Source: a virus
Taxonomy: Duplodnaviria; Caudoviricetes
Reading direction: 5' to 3' (one strand)
Virus record (IMG/VR): IMGVR_UViG_3300038379_000201
Coordinates: 1 to 32,048 of that record
DNA: 32,048 nt
Part shown: positions 1 through 7,671 of the stretch, in pieces
Layout: every line of letters starts with the position of its first letter
Position numbering within the stretch: the first letter of the stretch is position 1
The notes under the pieces: generated by a model
What the model was told of the DNA's origin: nothing
Database searches by the model: none
The model's input: only the letters and a program-made list of their open reading frames with translations
Made by a program: the position numbers and the translations under genes

Positions 1-76
1 AGCCGCTCAACAACATCGGCGCTAAGACACACGTCGTCAGCACCAGGCTCCGCCGCAGCGGCTTCTTCGATCTCAT
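1..76 (-). CDS. o-spanin (Rz1-like) lipoprotein, 3'-partial, overlapping the i-spanin in another frame
   Basis: Manual translation from ATG at 76: MRSKKPLRRSLVLTTCVLAPMLLSG, then a codon starting with T at the window edge. Basic N-terminus, hydrophobic core and LSG-(C) lipobox; lies inside the Rz-like ORF. Confidence 0.75.
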   Translation of the reverse strand, partial: MRSKKPLRRSLVLTTCVLAPMLLSG

Positions 77-317
77 CAACGATCTCCTCGTTCTTGGCGT
101 CGGCGTAAGCCGCCGCAACGCCGCGCTCGTAGGCGTCCTGCTCGGCCTCGGCTGTCTTCGCCCGCCACTCCGCCTCGATCTTGGCGGCGGCGCGCTCGTG
201 CTTCGTCCCGCAGTCCGCGCGGCCTTTCCAGTACGCTCCGACAGTGAGAAGAAAAAGTCCCGCTAGCGCGACGCTGCGCGGGTTCCGCGCCAAAAATGAC
301 GCAATGGCGGCTAGCAC
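1..317 (-). CDS. i-spanin (Rz-like), 3'-partial
   Basis: Not in ORF track. GTG at 317 follows the TAA of the upstream gene. MLAAIASFLARNPRSVALAGLFLLTVGAYWKGRADC...AAAKIEAEWRAKTAEAEQDAYERG...DDVCLSADVVER: N-terminal TM, Ala/Glu-rich helix, C-terminal Cys. Confidence 0.8.
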   Translation of the reverse strand, partial: MLAAIASFLARNPRSVALAGLFLLTVGAYWKGRADCGTKHERAAAKIEAEWRAKTAEAEQDAYERGVAAAYADAKNEEIVDEIEEAAAAEPGADDVCLSADVVER

Positions 318-515
318 TTACGCCCCGTTCTGCCCAATGGCCTCGGACGAGATGCACGCGACGCGAACCTCAGCGCCGGGGTTGCCGCGCTTGGCGGCCT
401 TCTCCGCCTCCGAGACAAGGCGGGAGCACTCCGAGTAGGTGGCGACGGGCATCGTCTCAAAGCCGACTTGTCCGGACGGCAGGAAGATGAGCAGGATGGC
501 GATGAAAAATTCCAC
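318..515 (-). CDS. small signal-anchored protein with two Cys, in lysis cassette
   Basis: 65 aa, hydrophobic N-terminus MEFFIAILLIFL; TAGTG overlap with upstream gene. Confidence 0.65.
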   Translation of the reverse strand: MEFFIAILLIFLPSGQVGFETMPVATYSECSRLVSEAEKAAKRGNPGAEVRVACISSEAIGQNGA

Positions 516-676
516 TAGAAACCTCCGGTCGGGATGTTAATTCCGGCAAGGCCGCCGATGATGGCGAGCGCGCCGGTTGCGATGGCCCAAGCCGCGTCCC
601 CGTGCCGCCACGCAACAATGAGGAGCGCGGCGGAGGCGACGGCAAAGGCAATGTGCTTGAGTCTTTTTTTGGTCAT
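515..676 (-). CDS. putative holin (2 TM)
   Basis: ATG at 676 with ATGA overlap. 53 aa MTKKRLKHIAFAVASAALLIVAWRHGDAAWAIATGALAIIGGLAGINIPTGGF; two hydrophobic segments; upstream of spanins. Confidence 0.55.
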   Translation of the reverse strand: MTKKRLKHIAFAVASAALLIVAWRHGDAAWAIATGALAIIGGLAGINIPTGGF

Positions 677-1032
677 TGGCCGACCAACTTGCCATAGCGC
701 CACTGCCAGCGCAAGTACCCCCAGGCGCGCAAGTACAGCTTGGACGCCCAGCGATGGGGGGCTCCGTCTTGGCGCAGCGCTTCCAGATACAGGTCGTCTC
801 TGTCCTTCGGCGACGCTGGCAGATTGGCTATCTGCGGTAGCATAAGGGCGGCCCTGGCCCGCCCGCGGCGCGCTCTGCGGAGGCGCGCGCTGTCCGCCAG
901 CACCACCAGCCGCTTGTCCAGCGGGCCTACGCGAACCCGCGCCACAAGGTCGCTGTGGGGCCGGAAACAGCCGTCCCCCTCCATGCGAAGCAGGAAGTTG
1001 TCCCGGTGCGAAACCCACTTGAATTCTATCAT
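673..1032 (-). CDS. hypothetical protein, C-terminus weakly DUF1353-like
   Basis: ATG at 1032 overlaps the esterase stop (ATGA). DRDDLYLEALRQDGAP..LYLRAWG resembles the DUF1353 C-terminus, but no HD motif is present. Confidence 0.55.
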   Translation of the reverse strand: MIEFKWVSHRDNFLLRMEGDGCFRPHSDLVARVRVGPLDKRLVVLADSARLRRARRGRARAALMLPQIANLPASPKDRDDLYLEALRQDGAPHRWASKLYLRAWGYLRWQWRYGKLVGQ

Positions 1033-1937
1033 ATGTCGATTCCTGTAAACCCGCTGTCTATTGTAAGCCCAAAACACAAGTCTGCAAAGCGCCAACAGCC
1101 GAAGTTGGAAAGGTGCAGGCCGTCTGTGCCGAATATGCCGCCGAACGTCGGGCCGCCTTGGGCGTACTCAGGGAAGTCGGCGGGGTTCGGGGCCCACGCT
1201 CGTGAAAACTCGGAGGCGATTTGCAGCTTGGCGGAGTTAACGACGCCGGTAGACGGCCGGCCGGTAAGCGGCTCCCCGGCGATAAGCGGCGTGATCCATG
1301 GCGCGTTTGACACGCCCAGTTCTGATTCCACCATCTGTTTGATGGACATCTCGTAGCCGTAGTACTCAGCCTGCGTGAGGCCGGAAACGGTGGCCTCGGC
1401 GTGGCCCTGCGCCCAGTAACAAAACAGGAGGCGCGGGGTGTCCCCCGCCAATTCAATCCCGGCCTTGGCCGCCGCGACCCCTTGCCGCAGGGTCTCGTAG
1501 GCGCTCAGGCTGTCGCCGGTGTTGTAAACGCCGCCGCCTTGATCCGCCGGGATGCCGAAGGTTCCGTTCTCAACGCCGGAGCCGTTGTAGCTCTTCCTGT
1601 CCGGGCGCCACTGAGTAAAGTTGGGGACAGAGTATCGGCTGTCGAACCCGACGCCGCCGCGAGCGACGGAAAGGACGTACAGGTTGCCGGAAAGAAGCCC
1701 GGCGTTTCGTCGGGCCTCCCACTCGTCGCCAAACTTGAAGATCGGCGAGTTGCCGGAGGTCGTGCCGTTGTAGTACATGTTCCACTTGGCGGTATTGTCG
1801 AAGTTGGACCATGTGCGGGACGTGGCGCGCATCATGCGAACATGCTGCCGCACGGGCACTTTTGGCGCGCTTGCTTCAGAAAAAATGGCGTCCAGCAAGC
1901 TTTGGCCGGGCCATATTGTAAGATATCCGGTCGCCAT
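1029..1937 (-). CDS. SGNH hydrolase, sialate O-acetylesterase (SASA/CE6)-like
   Basis: Motifs IWPGQS, ARGG, YWAQGHAE and DGLHL in SGNH block order. Confidence 0.8.
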   Translation of the reverse strand: MATGYLTIWPGQSLLDAIFSEASAPKVPVRQHVRMMRATSRTWSNFDNTAKWNMYYNGTTSGNSPIFKFGDEWEARRNAGLLSGNLYVLSVARGGVGFDSRYSVPNFTQWRPDRKSYNGSGVENGTFGIPADQGGGVYNTGDSLSAYETLRQGVAAAKAGIELAGDTPRLLFCYWAQGHAEATVSGLTQAEYYGYEMSIKQMVESELGVSNAPWITPLIAGEPLTGRPSTGVVNSAKLQIASEFSRAWAPNPADFPEYAQGGPTFGGIFGTDGLHLSNFGCWRFADLCFGLTIDSGFTGIDI

Positions 1938-2605
1938 TAGCGGACCAGAAGCTGAGACCGGATACTGAAAAAGTCCAGGCGGACATCTCTGGCGGTTGTC
2001 GTCGTCGGCGTGATCTGGAAAAAGATGACCAACGGAGACGTGCCGGATGGGATGTTTGTGTTGAGCACCGTCTGCGCCCCGCCGTCAATCGAGAACCCTA
2101 CGGAGCCGGACGAGAGTTTGATGATCTCAACTTTTGTCCACTCTCCGGCGACAACGCTCTTCAGGCCCGAAGTGCGGGTCTGGACGTTAGACGCCCGTGA
2201 CACGCCAAAGTAGCTTGTGTCCGCCGCCAGTTTCTCCAGATAAATTCCGTTGTCCGGCGTCGCATCGCTGGCGTCTGTGCACAGGCCGCAACGGAGGTCA
2301 AAGTCTGCGTTTGACGAGACGGGGGCAAAAACCCATGTCACTATGTCAACGTCCTGAAACAGGATTTGCCCGGCGCTGACGTTGACCCCGAGGTACAGGG
2401 CCGCAACCTGCGCCGCCGTCGTACCCGACCGGCGGCCTATCGCCCCAAACCGGCCGGCGTCAGACGCCCCGATGCCGCTGGCGATGATGCTTCCGTTGGT
2501 GAAGTTCCACCCAAGCATCCCGACTTCCCCGGTCTCGTTCGAGCCGCAGGTGAAATCGTCCCACAGGTACGCCCGGTTCTTGGCGTCTGTACTCTCATGC
2601 GACAT
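1937..2605 (-). CDS. putative lectin/ConA-like beta-sandwich tail-associated protein
   Basis: 222 aa, beta-rich (WDDF, WTKVEI, VGFSIDG, LDFF); lies in the tail-fibre cassette; TAATG coupling. Confidence 0.55.
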   Translation of the reverse strand: MSHESTDAKNRAYLWDDFTCGSNETGEVGMLGWNFTNGSIIASGIGASDAGRFGAIGRRSGTTAAQVAALYLGVNVSAGQILFQDVDIVTWVFAPVSSNADFDLRCGLCTDASDATPDNGIYLEKLAADTSYFGVSRASNVQTRTSGLKSVVAGEWTKVEIIKLSSGSVGFSIDGGAQTVLNTNIPSGTSPLVIFFQITPTTTTARDVRLDFFSIRSQLLVR

Positions 2606-2903
2606 TGTGGTGCTTCCTTACGAACGCAACAATATCGGCCAACTCGGCCGGCTCGACTGCGGCAAAGCCCATCTGGGCAAGGTGGACGTTTACCGCCGCC
2701 ATCTGCTTGACGGGATCGGTTCCGGGCGGGATCACCGTGCGGTGGTTTTCAAAGTACTTCTCTTCCCCGTTTATCGTAACGTACTTGGCCAGGCACACGT
2801 CAACTGCGGGCTTGCCGCTTCGTTTGGCGACAAAGTCGTCTCGGCTCTCGTTCCATTCGGCGCGGGCCAGCTCTAGCGACACGAGTTTGACTCTTCCGTT
2901 CAT
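2595..2903 (-). CDS. putative tail-fibre assembly/chaperone protein
   Basis: ATG at 2903 overlaps the fibre stop. 102 aa with ENHRTVIPPGTD, a pattern I associate with small genes following fibres. Confidence 0.5.
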   Translation of the reverse strand: MNGRVKLVSLELARAEWNESRDDFVAKRSGKPAVDVCLAKYVTINGEEKYFENHRTVIPPGTDPVKQMAAVNVHLAQMGFAAVEPAELADIVAFVRKHHNVA

Positions 2904-4267
2904 CACGCAATCTCGAACAAGGCGGTTGTCTGTACTGCAAAATTGGTCGAACCGACAGACCCTATTTGCACGGCGGTCGTATCCGCGCCGGAGGTGCACT
3001 GCCGGAGGACGCTGTAGGTCCCGTTCAGGATCGTTGTGTAGGCCAGAATACCCGAGAACGTGAGGTAGTCCACCCTCGGCGTCGCCCCGACGTAGCCGCC
3101 CATGTTGGTCGGGTTTGCGGACGTAAAGGGGTTCCCGTCGATCCTTAGCGCTCCGGTAGCCGTACCGAGAGTGATGCTGGAGGCCCGGACGTGTATGCTG
3201 CCGAGGCAACGCGCCTTCAGCCGCTGGTACCTGCCGACTTGGTGCGAGTACGTGACCGACAACGTGCCGGGCGTGTCGCAGGTGATGGTCGGGGTGAACG
3301 TGCCTTCTTCAAAGTCAATGAGGTCGGCCGTGCCGGCTCCCGTAAACCGCACAAGCTTGTTCGCCGCGCTGGACAGACTGGCGATGGCTAAGAGTTCGGC
3401 GTCCGTGATCTCGACTGTCGGATTGCCGGAAACGCCGTCGCCATTCGTAACGCCTATCCCGGTGCCCGCGGTAATCGTGCGCGCGACAGTTGTGTTCAGC
3501 GCAGTTCGGACGACAACCCCGTTCGCGCCGGGGTCGCCGAGGCCGCCACCGCCCCCGCCCGACGCGGCGATAGTAACGTCGACTTCCTCGTTTCCGGAGT
3601 CGTCCGCAATGGTGAGGGTTACGTTTGACCCCTCGATGAAATTGATGCGCCGCCGCGTACCGACCGTAGCGCCGGAGTTCTTCGACACAGCCACGCGGGC
3701 GTTGTTGCCGAGCGCGGCGGTTTCGTCGAAGTCAAGCGTACCGGATGAGAACGTGATCGGACTGGAGACCGCCGTTATCCCGAGCACGTCTCCGACATAA
3801 AGCGGGTCGCCGTCGCTGACGGCGGTGCTCAGCTCGGCCTTGGTGAACGAGCCTAGCACAGTGGCGTTGCTGCCCTGCGCGGCGGTAATGGCTCCCGTAA
3901 GCGCCGCGCGAGTAAGAAGCGGCGTCCCGTCCACGTAGACGAGCGTGGCGTCCACCATCGCGCCCACGGCGTCTTGTGCGCGCTCGTTGGTGAAGTAGAG
4001 GTTGGTCGCGCCCTCGGGCAAGTCGTCGGTGCTTGCCGGCACCGTGCCGGTGAACGCAATAGTGAGCGTGTTTGCGGGGTCGTTGTAGGTGATGCTTATG
4101 TTCGACCCGCCAACAAGGGTCGAGTTCATCGTGTCTTGTATAAACTCGACTAACTGCGTGCCGGTCTTTTTTACCCCACCGACTCCGGCCGTCTCAACAA
4201 TATAAAAAAGGTCCGTCGCGGAAAACGGGCCCCCGGCGGAAAGGTCGGATACGCGGGTATTGGCCAT
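2903..4267 (-). CDS. tail fibre / receptor-binding protein
   Basis: 454 aa rich in G/T/A/S. N-terminal anchor MANTRVSDL; STDDLPEGATNLYFT, NGDGVSGNPT, and C-terminal EEGTFTPT...GRYQR tip motifs. Confidence 0.85.
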   Translation of the reverse strand: MANTRVSDLSAGGPFSATDLFYIVETAGVGGVKKTGTQLVEFIQDTMNSTLVGGSNISITYNDPANTLTIAFTGTVPASTDDLPEGATNLYFTNERAQDAVGAMVDATLVYVDGTPLLTRAALTGAITAAQGSNATVLGSFTKAELSTAVSDGDPLYVGDVLGITAVSSPITFSSGTLDFDETAALGNNARVAVSKNSGATVGTRRRINFIEGSNVTLTIADDSGNEEVDVTIAASGGGGGGLGDPGANGVVVRTALNTTVARTITAGTGIGVTNGDGVSGNPTVEITDAELLAIASLSSAANKLVRFTGAGTADLIDFEEGTFTPTITCDTPGTLSVTYSHQVGRYQRLKARCLGSIHVRASSITLGTATGALRIDGNPFTSANPTNMGGYVGATPRVDYLTFSGILAYTTILNGTYSVLRQCTSGADTTAVQIGSVGSTNFAVQTTALFEIA

Positions 4268-4422
4268 TAGGCTTCCAGAAGCAAGACGCTAGAGTTATCC
4301 TCCAGCAAAATAAAAGACGAGTTGTCTTCCAAAAGAAGACCGTTAGTTACGGGGGGCGGGGGGCCAGCCGCACCCAAAAATCTCCCCAAGAGGCTTAGCG
4401 CAAGGCGAAGACGGAGCGCCAT
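4267..4422 (-). CDS. small virion-associated LLLED-repeat protein
   Basis: Not in ORF track. 51 aa MALRLRLALSLLGRFLGAAGPPPPVTNGLLLEDNSSFILLEDNSSVLLLEA; ATG abuts the upstream TAG; TAATG overlap with the fibre start. Confidence 0.75.
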   Translation of the reverse strand: MALRLRLALSLLGRFLGAAGPPPPVTNGLLLEDNSSFILLEDNSSVLLLEA

Positions 4423-4737
4423 CTATGCCTCTAACACAGCGACTTTGTCACTGAGGTCTGCGTAAAAAAACTCGATTGCTCCCGCCGGGACATACATGCA
4501 GGTGTTTGCAACTGCGACTGGAGCCTTGGCGATTTTAACCCACACCGCAGTATCCGTGTAAATTCTGACAGCAGCGCACTGCGTCCCGTAGGTGTTGGCC
4601 GGCGCGGACCCAGACGTAGCTTGGCTTGTAACCGCCGCCGATATTGTCTCCGTAGACTCCTCGCGGAACAAAGGGGGGTGGTTCGTTGGGCCGCCCTTTC
4701 CGCCAGAGTGCCCAAAGGAAATGTTAATAATTGCCAA
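4423..4737 (-). CDS. small beta-rich putative virion/tail accessory protein
   Basis: TTG start at 4737 after GGAG. 104 aa MAIINISFG...AVRIYTDTAVWVKIAKAPVA...YVPAGAIEFF...DKVAVLEA. Confidence 0.65.
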   Translation of the reverse strand: MAIINISFGHSGGKGGPTNHPPLFREESTETISAAVTSQATSGSAPANTYGTQCAAVRIYTDTAVWVKIAKAPVAVANTCMYVPAGAIEFFYADLSDKVAVLEA

Positions 4738-4753
4738 GGCGATCTCCAGACGC

Positions 4754-4781
4754 AAAAAGGCACGGCTTCTCGCCGTGCCTT
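4754..4781 (-). terminator. intrinsic terminator after helicase
   Basis: 10-bp perfect stem 4757-4766 / 4772-4781, 5-nt loop, ending in U5 on the minus strand. Confidence 0.7.
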
Positions 4782-4807
4782 CTGTTACCACAGAGATTGC
4801 CTGCTGT

Positions 4808-6886
4808 CTACTCTTCGAGCAGCTTGGTGATCGCCGCCTTGACGGCCGCTGCCGCGAGTTCCGCCAATCGGATCGCGACGTCTTCTTCAATCTCCGCCTC
4901 AAGGCCGACACAGGCGCGGGCGGACGGCGTCGGTTCGCCGGAAGCGTCGTAGGTGACGTTGACGTCGAGGTTGAACGAGCGGCGTGGCGCGGGGGCGGCG
5001 ACAATCTCCTGCGCCGCCTCGTCTGCCGCACGAGTCCGTGCCGTGCGCTTGGTTTTCGCCGGCTGGTGGGTAGACTCGGCAGTTTCCTCGCCCGTCAGCT
5101 TATCTTGGACAGCCGCTGAAAACGCTGCTTTCCCGTCGACCGGCGCCGCGTCTTCGACAGGCTCGGCCTCGACAGGGGCTCTGGTCGCCGTCAACTTACC
5201 CCGGATAGCCTCGCGCTGCTTGTCTTCGTCAATCACCTCTTCGATGTCCTTGACCTCCGGGGCGGCGGGCTTGCCCCACCCCTTCGGCTTCACAGCGGCT
5301 GCGGGAGCCGCTGCCGGCGCAGCGGCCGGAGTTTCGCCCTTTCGGGCCAGTTTCGCAAACGACATGTTTTCAGTCTCCTTGTGTGATACCGCTGGCTCCC
5401 CCGCGGCCGGGGAATCTTGGAACGCTGTGTTGAGGGCTTGCAGGAACCGTGCCTGCGTCTCGTCTTTTTCTGATAAGGCGGCGTACTTTAGCTCGTCTAT
5501 GGTATCTTTAACAAGCAGCAAGTGATTAATAATGTGTCGTGCCGCGTTACCTTGTCGCAGGACGCGGTCAATAAACTGCACATAAAGCTCAAGGTTCCAT
5601 GTCGCGGAAAACCAGCAGACGTGCTGCGCTCCGCCCTTTTGGAAGTTGAGCCCGTGGCCGGCGCTGGCGGGGTGGGCCGCGAGCACGACAATCTCGTTAT
5701 TGTTCCAGTCCCGCTCAATCTCAAGAACTTCTCTGTCATTTGTGCCCTCGCCCAAGAACCGGAGCGGCGTCTTGAAACGGGCCACGTGCCACTCCTCGAG
5801 CCGCTCAAGGTCGTGATTGAACTCGTAGGCCAAGAGCAGAGGCGCTCCGGCAAGCTGGTCGACGAGGTCGTCGAGGGCCTCTATCTTGGCGTCGTGGACC
5901 CGGACGACTTCGCGCGGCTGGCCGGGCGCAGATTCGAGATATACCGCCCCGTTCGCCAACTGGGATAACTTGGAATAAAGCGCCGCGCTGTTCGCCGCGG
6001 TAACGACGCCCTCGCCAACCTTGAGCAGCATGTCCTTCTTCATGTGACAATACGCCGCACGGGCCTGCGGATCAAGATCAATATAGATGGGGTCGTCAAC
6101 TTTCTCAGGAAGGTCAAGCCAATCGTCTGCGCTGATTCTGAGAACGAGCGGCGAGATGGCGGCCTCGATTCGCTTGTCGGAGCCCTCAGCAAGCACGTAC
6201 TCGTAGCCAGTGAACCCCGCGGGCTTGAAGTACTTGTCGCGGAAGTGGGTGTAGTAGCGGCCGAGTGCGTTACCGCCGTCAAGGAGGAGAATCTGCCCGA
6301 ACAAGTCCTCGTAGCCGTTCGGCGTTGGGGATCCGGTGAGGCCCCAAAGGCGCGGGGTCTTGGCGGTGAGGTGGCGGAGCATCTTCGAGCGCTGCGCACC
6401 GTAGTTCTTGAACTTCGTCAGCTCATCAACGACGACGACCTCAAACGGCATCTTGGTTTTGTAGTACCGCTTGTGCAGCCATGCGACGCCCTCCGGGTTA
6501 ATGAGGTAGACGTCTGCGTCTGCGTCGATTTCCTTGTCCTTCTTGCGCGGAGGGCTGTCCATCGCCCACGGCGCGCGGCTGTCGTGGAGCCAGGCGAAGC
6601 GGAGGTGGCGAAACTGTGTCCACTCCCGCGACTCCTGCCACCACACAAGCTGACAGACGCGACGCGGGGCGATAACGAGCATCTTGTCAACGACGCCCTG
6701 CTTCTTGAGGACGCAAAAGGCTGCAAGCGTAGCGGATGTTTTCCCGGTGCTTGGGTCGGCAAAAAGTGCGGCGGCCCCGTTATTGAGGAGAAACGTGACG
6801 GCCTTTTCCTGATACAGGTGCGGAACCCATTCGCGCGGTGAGCGCTTGAATGGCCTTGTCGGCGCTGTCGCAGAGTTCCACGTCAT
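4808..6886 (-). CDS. SNF2-family helicase with long C-terminal extension
   Basis: HLYQ, DPSTGKT, VVVDELT, GLTGSPTPN, SAGHGLNFQ, QFIDRVLRQG. Probable start ATG 6886. Confidence 0.92.
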   Translation of the reverse strand: MTWNSATAPTRPFKRSPREWVPHLYQEKAVTFLLNNGAAALFADPSTGKTSATLAAFCVLKKQGVVDKMLVIAPRRVCQLVWWQESREWTQFRHLRFAWLHDSRAPWAMDSPPRKKDKEIDADADVYLINPEGVAWLHKRYYKTKMPFEVVVVDELTKFKNYGAQRSKMLRHLTAKTPRLWGLTGSPTPNGYEDLFGQILLLDGGNALGRYYTHFRDKYFKPAGFTGYEYVLAEGSDKRIEAAISPLVLRISADDWLDLPEKVDDPIYIDLDPQARAAYCHMKKDMLLKVGEGVVTAANSAALYSKLSQLANGAVYLESAPGQPREVVRVHDAKIEALDDLVDQLAGAPLLLAYEFNHDLERLEEWHVARFKTPLRFLGEGTNDREVLEIERDWNNNEIVVLAAHPASAGHGLNFQKGGAQHVCWFSATWNLELYVQFIDRVLRQGNAARHIINHLLLVKDTIDELKYAALSEKDETQARFLQALNTAFQDSPAAGEPAVSHKETENMSFAKLARKGETPAAAPAAAPAAAVKPKGWGKPAAPEVKDIEEVIDEDKQREAIRGKLTATRAPVEAEPVEDAAPVDGKAAFSAAVQDKLTGEETAESTHQPAKTKRTARTRAADEAAQEIVAAPAPRRSFNLDVNVTYDASGEPTPSARACVGLEAEIEEDVAIRLAELAAAAVKAAITKLLEE

Positions 6887-7136
6887 ATCCAAGGTCCTTG
6901 AGCGTCTCGATCTTGTGCGACTGGAGCGGCGTCGGTTTTCCGCCGGGAGCTTTGTATTCAATAAACAGGGGCCGTCCGCCGGGAATGAGGTAGAGGAAGT
7001 CGGGCCACCCGGCGGACGGGCCGGCGCGGAAGACCATACGGATAGAGACAATCCCGGCCTTCTTGGCGTAGCGCTGCGCGGCGGCGATGACTTGGGCCTC
7101 TGTCAGCGGACGCCTCTGTGCTTCAAATGCATCCAC
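6780..7136 (-). CDS. VRR-NUC domain nuclease
   Basis: TEAQV, GWPDFL, FIEYKAPGGKPTPLQ; start uncertain (GTG 7136). Confidence 0.88.
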   Translation of the reverse strand: MDAFEAQRRPLTEAQVIAAAQRYAKKAGIVSIRMVFRAGPSAGWPDFLYLIPGGRPLFIEYKAPGGKPTPLQSHKIETLKDLGYDVELCDSADKAIQALTARMGSAPVSGKGRHVSPQ

Positions 7137-7426
7137 AGCGCCAGCGCGCCAGCAAAGAGCCAGATGGCCGCCGGCAACAAAACGGGCTGCGGAGGTTCGT
7201 AGTCGCCGCCCGGCGGATTCGCGATGACGGCGCCAGGAGGTTGCCACGTTACGGCGGTAACTTGGTCGTCGAAGTCGAGGCCGACTCCGAACTCCGTGGG
7301 AACGCCGGAGGAAAACGCCTCCTCTTCCGCCAACTCACCGGCAGTAAGGTCGCGGTAGCCGATAATCTTCTGCTCCGTCTTCACGCAGACGTCGCCGTAA
7401 ACGGGGATTTGGGTGGTGGAGCTCAT
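7103..7426 (-). CDS. protein with C-terminal VPLPA-CTERM-like membrane anchor
   Basis: 107 aa ending PVLLPAAIWLFAGALALWMHLKHRGVR; ATGA coupling, GAGG RBS. Confidence 0.65.
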   Translation of the reverse strand: MSSTTQIPVYGDVCVKTEQKIIGYRDLTAGELAEEEAFSSGVPTEFGVGLDFDDQVTAVTWQPPGAVIANPPGGDYEPPQPVLLPAAIWLFAGALALWMHLKHRGVR

Positions 7427-7659
7427 TCCTCAACTCCGAAGTCCTTGAGCTCGGCCCGACACTTGTCTGCGACAAGCAAAAGAGCCTCCTTAAGCCGCAT
7501 TGCGGCGTCTGCTTCTAAGGACAAACATGGGGGTCCCGCAGTGCTTGCGAGACCCGGTCTTACGAGATAAAAGGCGCCGCTGATATACTGCGCGACACTT
7601 TCAAAATACTCCGCAGTAGAAAGCAGGCTACTGGCTTTCTTTAAGTCCAAAATTTTCAT
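7423..7659 (-). CDS. hypothetical protein
   Basis: 78 aa, strong AGGAG RBS, coupled to the next gene. Confidence 0.7.
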   Translation of the reverse strand: MKILDLKKASSLLSTAEYFESVAQYISGAFYLVRPGLASTAGPPCLSLEADAAMRLKEALLLVADKCRAELKDFGVEE

Positions 7660-7671
7660 CTCTTCTCTCCT

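Noticed and set aside
4423-5031. 202-aa ORF as given in the track
   Set aside because: The upstream part overlaps the helicase and crosses a terminator; TTG at 4737 has a proper GGAG RBS.
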